A stretch of 64,000 nt of DNA from Eledone cirrhosa. Lineage: Eukaryota. This document shows, piece by piece, positions 1 through 12,834 of this stretch. The stretch lies in NCBI GenBank assembly GCA_964016885.1, contig OZ024741.1, forward strand, positions 285,324,001-285,388,000, written 5' to 3'. Both the position numbers and the translations under genes were made by a program. The first letter of the stretch is position 1. Each line of letters opens with the position of its first letter. The notes under the pieces are model-generated. The model was given only the letters and a program-made list of their open reading frames with translations. It had not been told where the DNA came from and searched no databases.

Positions 1-700
1 TAAGACTCCAGTTGCATTTTCGATTTCATCATAATGGAAAAATTTGAACAGGAACAAAACAGAGAGGCAGTACAACGAATGTTTATTAATTTCACGCTCT
101 GGAGAGTGGGGTGGTGGTGGGGAACGACGTTTCGGGCATAAGCCCTTCCTCAGGTGAGAAGTGTGTGGGAACAGAGTTCAAAGGGTGTGTAGGGGAGTGG
201 TGGAGAGACATATAGCGAAAGGAAACGGTGCGAATGAATTTAATAATAAAAGTAAAAATAAAGCATGATCAAAATACAAGGAATGAAATAAAATAAATAT
301 AAAAGCATGATCAAAATAAACTGAAATTAAAAAGGGGTAAAACAGGTGGTGGAAGGGTGTGGGGTGTGTAGGGATGGTGGCGGGTGGAGTGGGGAGAGGG
401 AGACGGGGTGTCCGAGTGGGGAGGGCTGAAGGTGGTGTGTGTGTAGGTGTACGTGTGTGTGTGTATGTGAAAGTAAGGGTTGGGGGAAGAACGGGGTTGC
501 ATGTTCAGGAAGAGGTGTGTGTGTGTGTGGGGGGGGGGTTGTAGGTCGGGGTGTCTGTGCGTGTGTGGATAGAGGGGTGGGGGAGAGGAAACAGGAGGCT
601 GAGGGTGTAAATATGTGGTGGAAAGCACGTGTGTGTGTGGGGTTTAAGTGTATTGTGGGTGTAGGTGGCGTGTGGGAGAAAAAAATTTTTGGGGTGTGTG
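1..700 (-). mobile_element. Probable PLE 3' non-coding remnant
   Basis: Contains a minimal HHR. Bases 1-30 match the terminal sequence of the fold-back element at 21815-22090. Ends at (TA)n. Confidence 0.45.
124..156 (-). ncRNA. Minimal hammerhead ribozyme (PLE type)
   Basis: Minus strand: AC CTGAGGA a GGGC ttat GCCC GAAA CG TC GT. Confidence 0.65.
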
Positions 701-705
701 TGTGC

Positions 706-738
<33 letters not shown>

Positions 739-894
739 TAGATAGATTTTGAGTATATGTTTGTTGTATACCAATACCTAAGTATGCAGGCTGGAACACT
801 CGACGAGGTGCGCAGGTTGGTTTGGTTACTCCGGAGTAATGTAAAATAAAGTAAAATAAATAAGTCAAATGTTTAAAATTTAGCTTCGATTATT

Positions 895-949
895 ACTGCT
901 ATATATATTTCGGTGACAGCCATCTTTGGCTGTGACCTCTTCAGGCAGT
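895..949 (-). ncRNA. Type I hammerhead ribozyme (inverted copy of 1573-1629)
   Basis: Reverse complement reads ACTGC CTGAAGA GGTCACAGCCAAAGATGGCTGTCACC GAAA TATATA TA GCAGT. Confidence 0.78.
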
Positions 950-1572
950 CCGAATTAGTGTGGTATAGACAAGTACATATGTTGTTGAGGTGTATAATTT
1001 TGCCAATACTCTGATATGCCCAGTTCCTGGTTGGGTTGTTATTTCACTGAGGAACTGGAATCATATGAATTCAAACAAACGAATTTCAGTGTCAAAGGGC
1101 CTCTTCTCCTCTCATTGGTCAGTTGTTAGAACATTCCTCATTCAAAAATCTATAGAAATTCGTTCTGAAGCAAGCCAATCTGTAGTTGTTGTTCTTGTTA
1201 TTGTTAGGTACATCTGACCTCAATTCTTGTGTTGGTAGTGTTGTTATTGTTGGAGTTAGCTTAAAAAATTGATAAAGTGGTAGAAGGAACAAGGTGCTAA
1301 AGGAACAAAATAACCTAAAAATGTCAAACTTCCCATTGGTCAGTTTTGAGAGCATTCCTCAGTCAGAAGTCTATAGAAATTCTTTCTGGGGTGCGGCTCC
1401 CTGTAGTGTTTGTGTCTGCTATAGCAATTCGTTTGAAATTCGTTTGTTTGAATTCATATGATTCCAGTTCCTCAGTGAAATAACAACCCAACCAGACACT
1501 GGGCATATCAGAGTATTGACAAAATTATACACCTCAACAACATATGTACTTGTCTATACCACACTAATTCGG

Positions 1573-1629
1573 ACTGCCTGAAGAGGTCACAGCCAAAGAT
1601 GGCTGTCACCGAAATATATATATAGCAGT
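1573..1629 (+). ncRNA. Type I hammerhead ribozyme
   Basis: Stem I ACTGC/GCAGT; core CTGAAGA; stem II GGT-c-ACAGCCA aaga TGGCTGT-c-ACC; GAAA; (TA)n palindromic stem III; UA cleavage site. Confidence 0.8.
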
Positions 1630-1673
1630 AATAAACGAAGCTAAATTAAAAACATTTGACTTATTTATTTTCC

Positions 1674-1735
<62 letters not shown>

Positions 1736-1757
1736 CATACATACATACATACATACA

Positions 1758-1831
<74 letters not shown>

Positions 1832-1835
<4 letters not shown>

Positions 1836-1950
1836 AGGCGTGTGGCTGAGTGGTTAGAGAATTGGATTCACAATCTTGAGGTAGTGAGTTCGATTCCTGG
1901 ACCGTCCGATGCGTTATGTCCTTGAGCAAGACACTTTATTTCCCGTTGCT
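1832..1950 (+). mobile_element. tRNA-derived CORE-type SINE family B (truncated)
   Basis: A-box TGGCTGAGTGG, B-box GAGTTCGATTCC, CORE-like GTCCTTGAGCAAGACACTTTA. Confidence 0.8.
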
Positions 1951-2085
1951 CCTTCTACCTGGAGTTGCGACCGATAGATAGTAATAGCAATTGGAAAGAC
2001 CAACGGAAACATTGTTTCCTAGGTCCGATTTGACGAATGTCGATTCCCCCCCCCCAAAAAAAAAAAAATATATATGTGTGTCTGT

Positions 2086-2330
2086 GTGAAGGCGCATGGC
2101 TTAGTGGTTAGAGTAGGCTTGCAATCGAAAGGTTGTGAGTTCAATTCTGGGACCGGGTGATGTGTTGTTTCCTTGAGCAAGACACTTTATTTCACGTTGC
2201 TCAGTTTACTCAGCTGAAAATGAGTACCAGCAATAGCTGGAGGTTTAACCCTGCGATGGACTGGCATCACGCCATGAAACCGGAATAAGCACCGGCCAAA
2301 TGAGCCTTCTGGCTTAAGACATACTTTAGA
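2086..2330 (+). mobile_element. CORE-type SINE family B
   Basis: TGGCTTAGTGG, GAGTTCAATTC, CCTTGAGCAAGACACTTTATTTCAC; a diverged minus copy lies at ~15530-15770. Confidence 0.8.
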
Positions 2331-2385
2331 CTTACGGCCTGCCAGCGTCATCGTATGGCTAAAACAGCACGTGCTGGTGGTCAAG

Positions 2386-2425
<40 letters not shown>

Positions 2426-2769
2426 GATGTGGTTTTGGATTTTCTTACTTTAAGTTGCTCGAACATTCCCTGGTTTGTTGTTTATTTTCGCTGTTGTTTA
2501 TTTTCGCTGTTTTCTCCTTTCTTCCCTTTTCACTTCTATTTTCCTTCCCCGCCTCACCTTTTCCCAATAAGTCTAATAACTTATCCAGTTATTGAACGCT
2601 CTGGGGTAGATATATTGTCTTTAAAGCGTTGAAATATCCGAGACCCCCAGTAGATGACTGATTAAGAAAACTCCCCACCCTCATTCTTGCTTTCTTCTTA
2701 TTTCCATTCCACTTTTAAGCCTATATATATAATATATAATAAACAAATATATATATATATATATATATA

Positions 2770-2844
<75 letters not shown>

Positions 2845-2845
<1 letters not shown>

Positions 2846-3505
2846 AATTAGAACCCTGTAACCATTAAGCTCTAAGTATAAAGTACAAATAAATACTGAG
2901 CCGATTAACAATATATAGTAAGAAACACAGTAAACCGTGTGTCTAAAATTACAAGGGTTGAAAAACCACATATGTTTGAAATATTTAACCAAGAAACAGA
3001 CAGTACTGTGTTTCTTACTATATATTGTTAATCGGCTCAGTATTTATTTGTACTTTATACTTAGAGCTTAATGGTTACAGGGTTCTAATTCTCATATATA
3101 TATTTCTGCTCCCTTACAAGTTGAGCTATTAAGTTGTGCGTGTTGGACTGTTATTTCTGTTCAATACGCGCTTACCACGTTTGACTGGCGAAGCACGAGG
3201 TGATGAATTCATCTTTCTGTGTGAACGTTGGCAAATAGTGTTTGTGGCATTTAATCGCAATCTCTCGCTGGCTGATGAAGCCCAGGATTATCTGTTACAA
3301 ACACACTCAGGGCGAAACAGATTAGGGATAATCTGTTCGAGAGATATAATGGTTATTGAGGCGGTTTGTATTAATATGATAATATATTTTTATTTTCATT
3401 TTGTCATTCTGTCTGTTTCTTGGTTAAATATTTCAAACATATGTGGTTTTTCAACCCTTGTAATTTTAGACACACGGTTTACTGTGTTTCTTACTATTTA
3501 TTGTT
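2845..3505. mobile_element. Complex fold-back PLE-like remnant with degenerate hammerhead (3261-3344)
   Basis: 2845-2932 is inverted at ~3004-3092, and ~2905-3003 is inverted at ~3408-3505. Contains CTGATGA a GCCC...GGGC GAAA CAGATTA ggga TAATCTG TT. (TA)n flanks. Confidence 0.6.
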
Positions 3506-4615
3506 ATATATATATATATACATTTGTATGGTTGTAACTACTAAAGAAATCATAGAGGTAATATACTATATTCTATGATATAGATGGCAAACTATCTTAT
3601 AACTTCTTAGGTACTCAGAGTTTCCGGAAGTAAGTTGGTTTTAATTCGTTCTTCAACCTTCAGAAGGTAATTGACGGTGATACGTCATCAAAGTCCCCTC
3701 TGAAAAAAACATCGCAAACGCTCACACGCACACCCGGCATTCGTACAAAAGCAAACTTACACACATGTATGAACGGACTCACATACACATACGTGCACAC
3801 AAGTCCGTACATCTACACATATAGTGGTACGCCCCACCCCTACACAAACACAGTTGTGTGAATGTTACTGTACATGGCGCCAAGCCCACATATGTACACC
3901 CACCAACACCCACCCCACCGACACACACACTATGTATTGTTACCCAGTGCAGGAGAGGAAGAATATTTTGACAGCCTTTTTAATCTGGAATGTTTCATTA
4001 TTCAGTTTCGAAAAGTGTTATGATGGTTCTCCGGTGGTTTTGGATAATGTTATCAAGGATCTGGAAAAATTGGAAGCAGACCTTCGTTTGTGTGTAAGCG
4101 GTGGTTTTTATATCTGCCGGAAGAAATGGGATGATGATGTCGTCTGTTGTCTGACATGTCTATAGTGTTGTGTGTGTGCGTGCGTGAGTTCCTAACAAAT
4201 ATTGTGTGATTTTGATTATGTTCTTATGTTAAACCATTTCGATGCAAAGGTTGTGTCAAGTTAGAATAGTTTGGATGTTTTATCATTAAAAATTGCCCCT
4301 CCCACTCTGTACTGAAACCGGGTACATAAAAATTGAACTCACACGTATCTGTAATAAATGCACATCTCCTAGAGATACTAGAGGACAACAGATACCCAAC
4401 ATCCACTGTGAGTCGTCTTAGGGGCCTGAAACGCCGGAAGCATAAGAGTTTCCTCAACACCTAATTCCTGAAACTCAGTGAACATATAACTACGACGATC
4501 CACAGAGCCATCCATAATGAGGGACTTATCATACAATTAGCCCACTCCAGCCCTTCACTAGAAGGACACCTATTGAAAAAATGACCTAGGGGAAACACAA
4601 GCCAATGCACACTGT

Positions 4616-4903
4616 GTGCCAACGAGCATACGTGATACAAAAAATGCATTCAATACGACAAATGCAGGGATTTTTTCCATCGGTAGTACCATTAGACCTC
4701 TTTACATTAAAGAACATTTGAACACATATGCATCCTCTTTTAGAAAATACATAAGCACAATCCACAACAAATACAGAAGAGTTACTATTGAAGCTAAGGA
4801 TAGGAACACAGGCAACTTTAGAATCAAAGAAACAATACTAATAGGTAAGCTAAACCCACAAATCAACAATATGTTAGAACTCAGCAAGCAATACTTAACG
4901 TAA
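4616..4903 (+). pseudogene. Degenerate PLE GIY-YIG endonuclease C-terminal fragment
   Basis: IGSTIRPL..KEH...IKETILI.KLNPQIN pattern. Confidence 0.6.
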
Positions 4904-5333
4904 AAACGCACACGTACATTTTGACATAATAACGCACACATGCATACTAGCTCGCCTAAACAGACAGTTACAACGGAACACACAGCATTTGACATAAACA
5001 CGCCCCCACAAATAGCTCAACACAACTCAATCCGGAATAGCTAAAATACATATTTTATGTGAGCTTTCCTTGGTCAATATGTCATTGAGAACCGTTCTAA
5101 CCCTTTACGATTCTTAGATGCTCATACGCCAACACTGTAGATAGTATAGCTATTTATAGATTATATTCTTTAATGCAAACAAGTGAACTAATTAGTGTTA
5201 CATGCACGAAAACTTTCAAGATTGAAAGTATGGACTAGAGTATAGTTAGATTTTTTTTATTGGAAAATATTTTAATTTATCACGGTAACGTTTGTAATCT
5301 TACCTAACTTAGTCTTATAGATTGTATGTATGC

Positions 5334-5366
<33 letters not shown>

Positions 5367-5814
5367 TGTATGTATGTATGTATGTATGTATGTATGTATG
5401 TATTTATGTATGTATGTGTGTATATATGTGCTGTATATATGTAAATGATATTTATCTACGTGGTTTCGTATGTATATGCGTATGCACGTATGTATGTGTG
5501 TTTATACATGTATATGTGTATGTATGTACATATAACATCTTTCGTCTGATGTATTTGTAATAAGTCCTTCCCCTGCCTCCCACATACCTCTAAGAATATA
5601 CATATTTCTGTCGTTTCTTCTTTACAATTGGTAGACATGTACGTAGTTTAGTGAGTATGTCTATGTACATACATGCAGTTTTGCATATCTATCCTCCGCC
5701 ATTCGTTCTCTGAATATTTAAAAACATTGATACTTACATCTTCGCATATACAAACACTCTCTTCCATATACGCCTTCCCATATATATAGAATAAAATGGC
5801 GAATTTTTCGCTTG

Positions 5815-6010
5815 CGAATATCAGTGGCAAGAAATGTTGTCCTGTTCTGTGCGGAGTACACCCGGTGGTGGCTGTAGAGGCCAATTCTGGACCCGCAGGC
5901 TCTGCTACAGTTGTGGCAAGTGTGTACTTGGTCAGCTAATGATTGGGTGGCGGACAGCTTTCTTCTTTGATATTTGTCTTCTGCTGCCGCCTTCCTACCC
6001 TCAAGCTGGT
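5815..6010 (-). mobile_element. RTE-like LINE 3' end
   Basis: CHNCSRACGSRIGLYSHHR, a C2H2-like RTE terminus. Confidence 0.6.
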
Positions 6011-7156
6011 TGTAGCTGTTTTGATGGTCGCTCCCCATTTCTCTCTGTCTTCTGCCTTTCATCCATTCAAGGTTCATACAAAAAGTACTTGTCGATTCTT
6101 CCTCTATGTCTCTTTCTAACTTCCATTCTCTCATTCTTTATCTTTCGTTCGAAGAAATCTACTGTATTAAAACCCAGAGAGGAGATGGGCTTCGCCAGGT
6201 TTTAGAAAATTACCAGCAAACGCCGTATGTCACTAAGGCGCTCTTACGACTCCTTCAGAAGTTACGGGTATATATATATACATTAGTAGTATTTAGCATC
6301 ATTCAGTACAATGTAAATATCTAAATCATTAGTATATAGTAGTTTCTTTTGAGTATTTAACGTTGGAAATTATAATTATTATAGTATGCTTTGCAGTATT
6401 TAACGTAATACCATTATGAGTATTTAATATATTAGGCTAGTTATATTTAAATAAGTTACTATATTTAAATGTACTACACTAATAGTAGTAAATATAATTT
6501 TATATAATTTCAAGGGAAGTGGATTGGCAAAATCCTTAGCGGTATTTGTTCCTTCTCTTTAGTTCCTGAGTTTAAATCCCACCGAAGTCAATTTTAGCTT
6601 TCATCATTCCTTCGTCAACAAAATTTAGTATCACTCAAGTTCGGAGTCTGGCTTTACTCTCTACACCAAATTGTTGACCTTATGGCAAACTTAGAAATCA
6701 TTATCATGTATAAAACTAACGTAACTAATTATCTCTATTTAATCAAATGTACTAATAGTGTTTATTATTTTAAAAAATAGTAAAGATTGTGTTGCCTACA
6801 GTAAAGAAATGTATAGAACATAACGACCTTTTAAAAATTGACTAAAATCATATTGTGGGGCAGAAATGCTAGTGTTTCGTGGCTATGGAAATACATCATT
6901 TCTACACTAAAATAATGTGGACTAAGAGGGTGTTTTAGTTTGTTCGGCGCATTGTATAAGGTGCATAAAATAGTGTGTTTTATTATACAGCAATGTGAAT
7001 GGGACAAAATGGAAGCTTAGGAACGACACAAAATACCCTGCTCCCAATTTCTTAAAATTTTCTTCTGATGATTACTTTTCACATTTAATGTACCATCTAC
7101 ATTGTTTAAGCTTTCTAAAAACACACTATTCTAATGTGAAGTAGTATATATCTTAC

Positions 7157-7413
7157 CTATTAACTTCCATTCTCCATTTCTGATAAAGCTTGACGTATCT
7201 CCAATACCTTCGTCCTCTAGCTGAAGATCGAGGTAGCGACCATCGTGAGTCCACGAACCAAATTTGAGTGTACACTTCTGATCATCAAAGGGAAACCAGG
7301 CGATGTCAATTTGACATGTACTCTTGAACATACCTGGAGGTACCCACTGACAGACTCCATTGTTGGTGACCAAAATGTTTGTCGGATATGTGGCATCAAA
7401 CACTTCGTTAGCA
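7157..7413 (-). CDS. CHRNA7: Nicotinic acetylcholine receptor alpha7-like subunit, internal exon (257 nt; Cys-loop and loop B)
   Basis: Translates (S)ANEVFDATYPTNILVTNNGVCQWVPPGMFKSTCQIDIAWFPFDDQKCTLKFGSWTHDG...NGEWKLI. Contains the C-x13-C Cys-loop with FPFD and loop B GSWT. Acceptor ttccag|T, donor ATAG|gtaaga. Confidence 0.95.
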
Positions 7414-7646
7414 CTGGAATAGAATTTAACAAAACAAAAACAATAATAACCATAACGAAACAAGCAGAGATATAATCCAAATTAACATTAACTTTAAGAT
7501 AAAATTGATTTCTAATTTAAGCGCATGTGACAAAGGGGGAGAAATTTAAACAGGGAACTACAATGTTAGAGGGAGAAATATAAGGAGAGAGATAGAATGA
7601 GAGAGAGGGAGAGAAAGTTAGATAAAGAGAGAGAGTGAGAGAGAGT

Positions 7647-7722
<76 letters not shown>

Positions 7723-7852
7723 AAGAGAGAGAGAGTGAGAGAAATAGAGATAGATAGATAGACAGATATAGAGAAAGAAAGAGGGAGAAGTAGAGAAAAA
7801 GAGCATATGTATGTGTGTATGTATGTATATAAAGACATATATATATATATAA

Positions 7853-8051
7853 GAAAATGTATGACCCCGACGGCAGAGCTCGAGCCGTTTCGAACGCTAT
7901 TTCTGGACTCAGAGTCCAGAAATAGCCGTCGAAACGGCTTGAGCTCTGCCGTTGGGGTCATACATTTTCCTATTACCCACTCTACTACCCTAAGTATTGA
8001 GTACTCTGGTGCGTTATGGTCCATCTGGTTCCTTACCACAACTCCTTCGTT

Positions 8052-8053
<2 letters not shown>
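7853..8053 (+). mobile_element. Short fold-back element (hairpin 7853-7969) carrying the 3' half of a hammerhead
   Basis: Near-perfect ~58-bp stem centred at 7911; GAAA-CGGC...GCCG-T(T/C)-GGGGTC. Same family as 51608-51780; (TA)n flanks. Confidence 0.75.
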
Positions 8054-8110
<57 letters not shown>

Positions 8111-8295
8111 TACAGGTTACTATGTAAGTAACTTGTGGTTACTAGCAGCGACGCTGGTCGAAGCACTTGATGGTGTTACTTGGACTGTCTCTTGTTGGGT
8201 TGTGCTCCAGGTTTAAGGCGGATAAAGTTTGCAGAGTGTATATATAGAGTGACAGTAAATTCTTCAGCTCTTTGTGAAACTCTATTTCATATTAC

Positions 8296-8363
<68 letters not shown>

Positions 8364-9184
8364 ATAGCTAAATAAATTTTCTAGAAATAGCCTTACATAC
8401 CAAACATTGAAATGAAAATGGAAATTTTATTAAACAGTTAGCACTGAAATCAGTGTACAAGCTAGCTAACAAGAAGAATTACGAGGGGATCAGTGAAATA
8501 AATATAGAAATAGCTTACAACGTGCAGTGAATCTTTCTTGAGGTTTAACTTTCCCTTTCATGCTTTATAATATATACAAAATGTATTAACAGATTGCCAG
8601 ATTTCTTAGAGCGTCATATGACGTGCTCTGTGATATTTGTTCCGTCACTTTTGTTCAAATTCCATGGCAGCCTACATGAGATTGATCCCAATACCTGGCC
8701 CTTGAGCTACTTTAGCGTACTCCACTCTGTTCTTATTTCTTAGCTTTTGATGAGGATACCTCCCTCTCCCTCAATGACCCTGAAATGACTCATGGTACTG
8801 TTTTTATCTCTTTGACTAAAATAATAAGACAAAAAGAACAACAAAAATAACAAGAAACATACATAGAGACTGAATACAGATTCGATACAGGTAGCTAAAG
8901 ATCTCTCAACAAAGGTATTTTAAATGTAAATAAGGAGAAATTGACACACAGAAACAACACATACGTTGTTGTTATTGTCGCTGCTGTTGTTATTGTTGTT
9001 GCCATCGTCGTCATCGACGTTGTTGTTGCTGCTGTTGTTGTTATTGTTGTTGTGAGACCCAGGGACAGTCCAGATGAAAGCCATTTCAATAGTAACTCAA
9101 TAAAGTGCATAACTCAGAGATCAGAGAGACACTCTAAGTAGAACCGCTACTTCTCCGAATTGAGGGATCACAACTCCGATATTA

Positions 9185-9395
9185 TTGTCACGTGGTTAGG
9201 ATGTATCAGGAAAGAATCGCTGAACAGATTTTACGGGCAAAACCAACCGGCATAAGACCCAGGGGTAGACCCCGAGCAAGATGGTTGGATAACATCCATG
9301 AGCTTGGCTGGTCACAGCCGGATCAATTGCAAACGGTTGCTTCTGACAAGACCCGTTGGAAGGAGTGTTTGAGGGCTCTGCTCCACGACCCTCTC
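9185..9395 (+). mobile_element. RTE-like LINE 3' fragment followed by (GAA)n; related copy at ~54405-54615
   Basis: HVVRM...GIRPRGRPRARWLDNI...DKTRW. Confidence 0.7.
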
Positions 9396-9634
9396 AAGAA
9401 GAAGAAGAAGAAAAAGAAGAAAAAGAAGAAGAAGAAAAAGAAAAAGAAAAAGAAAAAGAAAAAGAAAAAGAAAAAGAAAAAGAAAAAGAAAAAGAAGACG
9501 AAGAAAAAGAAGATGAAAAAGAAAAAGAAAAAAATGAAAAAGAAAAAGAAAAAGAAAAAGAAGATGAAAAAGAAGAAGAAGAAGAAGAAGAAGAAGAAGA
9601 AGAAGAAGAAGAAGAAGAAGAAGAAGAAGAAGAA
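9396..9634 (+). repeat. (GAA)n/(GAAAAA)n simple repeat
   Basis: Direct reading. Confidence 0.95.
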
Positions 9635-10091
9635 ACACATCAGGTATCGCACATTCTCGTGTCTGAGTATACACGAATCACAGTCTTGAAAATGCAGTTT
9701 TCATTGAAAATATTTGCTCGGCAAGTGTAGTGAGGTTAAAAAATAATTGTGATTAACTAATTGATATGCATAGTGAAATATCTGTAATTCTAAAAGTAGC
9801 ACACTGTCAAATATGGTACACTGGCTATTTCTGCTAAGCTGCATATTCTAGAATAATAATCAATTCAAGAGTTAATTAAATATTCAAATTAATTAATTAT
9901 ATATTCAAATATGAAATATGCAAATTAGGCACAGGCATTTCTTCAATCTTCGAGTGTATTACATTCCTCAATTAATCTGTAATATGTTTAGCATGCTGGA
10001 ATAGCATTATATTATATCTGTCAATAATATAATATACACAAATTGTAGTAACTAACTTTCAGCCATTTACGTGTATGCTACTCTCATTGTA

Positions 10092-11680
10092 GGCAGAGAA
10101 TTGGCAGAGTCGTTAAGACGTCAGATAGAATGCTTTACGGTATTCGTCCCACCTTATTGCGCTCTCTGAGTTTATATCCCGCAGTGGTCAACTTTGCCTT
10201 TCATCCTTTCTAGGTCGATAAAAAAAAGTACCAGTCCAGTGCTGGGGTCGATTCTTTGTCTATAGAAAAATCGGCTGTGGTCAGACCTGGAGAAGGTTGG
10301 GCTCTGCCAGGTTTTGTGCCCTAGACTGTACCTCTACGACTCCACAAAGAGTTATGGGATCTTTATCTTTTCTATCTACTCTTATTGTAGAGAATGTTTA
10401 AAACACTGATAGAAAGTCGGGACTTTGTACATTCGAAATAGAGGTCGTGTGTTTAATTAGTAAAAAAAAAAAAAAGAAAGATTTCATATGCGAAATATGC
10501 CAAACATTTCAAATGATCGTAAATGTTGAAGAAAGCTAAATTTGAAAAATAGACACATAACAATGGGCAAAGATATCAGGGTTCTTACACGTGTATATGA
10601 GATTCTGGTTCATATATTCTACCACTTACGAATATTACATTATCTATAGGGAAGCGTTGCAAAATCTAGGGAAACTTATGAGTATGTGCTTCCAATACGG
10701 AAAATTAGGGCCTTCTCTGGGCCATGTAAAACTGCCTAAAACGATGATTAAAAAAAAAAACAAACACAAACCTGCAGTGACATCTACTTGCATAGCTGGC
10801 GACAATATTAAGGTATACACCATCTATGAATAATTTAAAAGACTAACTTGAATCTGCTTTTATTAAAAATCCCTTTTTAATTGTATGGGTATGCGTTTGT
10901 GTATGGATGTAACGCATACTTAAGATAAATATATTTTAATACTACAGCATGGGAGATAATTTTCCGTGTACAATTTGGGAGACTGATCTACAGGCAGTAA
11001 ACACAGTTATTGATAGAGATGCATATTGAACTAACACTATGATTTGTTAGTCATTTGACTTTTATATTATTTTGGTGTTACTTTTACCGGAATATTAACA
11101 TTTTATTAGACGGCAGATTGTCGGACAAAAAGCTTTGAGGTATCCGTTCCGGTTCTATGTACTCTGAGTTTAAATGACACTAAGGTCCACTTTGCCTTTT
11201 GTTCTTTCGGGGTCGATAAAAAAAGTACCAGTCCAGTACTGGATTCAGTTATTCCTCTATTTCCTTTTCTGATTTCTCTGTCTCTTTATCTCTCTCTTTC
11301 CCCTTTTCCTAATAAAATCGTCTGTGTTCGGAGCTCGAGAAACCACTACGATACTCTATCGAGTCAATGAGAAATTACGGGTCTATATATACATTATCAT
11401 ATTATGCACATCCTATTTCTAAACTAATAGAAACTGAATATATTACTTCCAGCAACAGCTAGAAGTCACATTAGTCCGCAACTCTTGGTCAGTGTAATAA
11501 AACAACAGAATAAATTGATATACAGTGTCAATAAGGATGAATAACATAGCTAACCTCGGCAGGATTTGAAATTTAAGATCTGAGTTCAAAAATCCTGCCG
11601 AGGTTAGATTTACCTTTCATCCTTACGGGGTCGATAAAATAAAGTACTAGTAATGTTCTGGGGTTGATTTAGTCGACCCC
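10092..11680 (+). mobile_element. Three older diverged SINE-A copies (~10092-10250, ~11110-11245, ~11575-11680)
   Basis: Recognisable B-box and CTTTCATCC...GTCGATAAA...GTACCAG segments; similar diverged copies at ~6517, ~16360 (minus) and ~27440 (minus). Confidence 0.65.
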
Positions 11681-12803
11681 CTCCAAAGAAAAAAGAAAAA
11701 AAAAATTATAACTAAATCAGAAGCCAATAATTAATCAATAGTAAAATAGTTATAGTCTGTCGATGTTAATGAAGCAGATAATCAGTAGACACTCAAGACG
11801 TGGAGCCATCTAAATAATTTCAATTATTAATAATAATTTGTTAAATAAAAAGTGACCAAGCGAGCGAAAGTGAGTTTGCTCTAGACATGCATGTTGGTTG
11901 TATTTAGATTGTAACCTTGAAGAACCTCTCCAGTTTTCTAGCTAGAAATATTGATATACTTTGACTAATTTTGTTGAACTTATAATCATGGTATTTGAAT
12001 TTAGTACAATGCGATAACTTATTCGATATGCTAAAGCATAGGTCCCCTTGGTCTACCGCTTAAAATATCTTCTTCCAAATACTCCTCTTCCTTGGAAAAC
12101 AAAGTTTCTGTGAGGCGAAACTAAGTTGCGTACATCCAAAAATAGGAAACAAAATGGAAAAAAAGCTTGACATAAAGCTTGGTTTTTATTTTCTTTCTAT
12201 ATTTCTAGATTTAATTGCTCACTGAACTGTTTTGTCAAACTTGTTTGAAATGTCGTTAACATATTATTATGCAGATATCGATTCGATATCATGCCATGCT
12301 GAAAAAGTAGCATAGACATTAGGTGTTCAATTCGTATAATATACAAGATTCTATACATAGTTTTGCTTAAGTTATAGGATTACATCCAGCGTTGACATCT
12401 TGATGACAGTAATCCTTTTTCTTTCTTTCAAGAGATGTAGATTAAGGTGAAGCATACAAAATTCACCAGTCGTCTGCTGTAGTTTTCATACATCAATGAA
12501 TCTGGATATGGAATATGTTTACTGATATCAACTGTAGTTTAATGTCACAGAGTAAAATACATTCGGTATATGCAGATTGGTTTATATTTTTGCTGGAGAC
12601 TGCATTTTGTGAAACAACATATAGGATTATATATTATGCCATTACCATAATGGTTGTCTTTTTCAATCGATGTTTCATTAGGCATATATTAATAACATTT
12701 TCTACAGCAGTTTTGTTGCACAAATTCTGAAATATATCCCACAAGGCATGCATATATAATAAAAAAACAACACAATTTTGTAAGTCTGATCTCTCAAAAG
12801 TAT

Positions 12804-12834
<31 letters not shown>

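Larger units (their letters stand above)
853..1671. mobile_element. Non-coding PLE-derived fold-back element (inverted arms 853-1088 / 1435-1671)
   Basis: Near-perfect inverted arms, each with a hammerhead motif; lies between (TA)n tracts. Confidence 0.8.

Noticed and set aside
3603-3666. Minus-strand HHR-like AGG TTGAAGA...GAAA CTCTGAG TA CCT
   Set aside because: Stem II pairs poorly and C3 is changed without compensation; not supportable as functional.
9192-9730. Poly-K/E/F/L ORFs
   Set aside because: Translations of the (GAA)n repeat attached to an RTE fragment.
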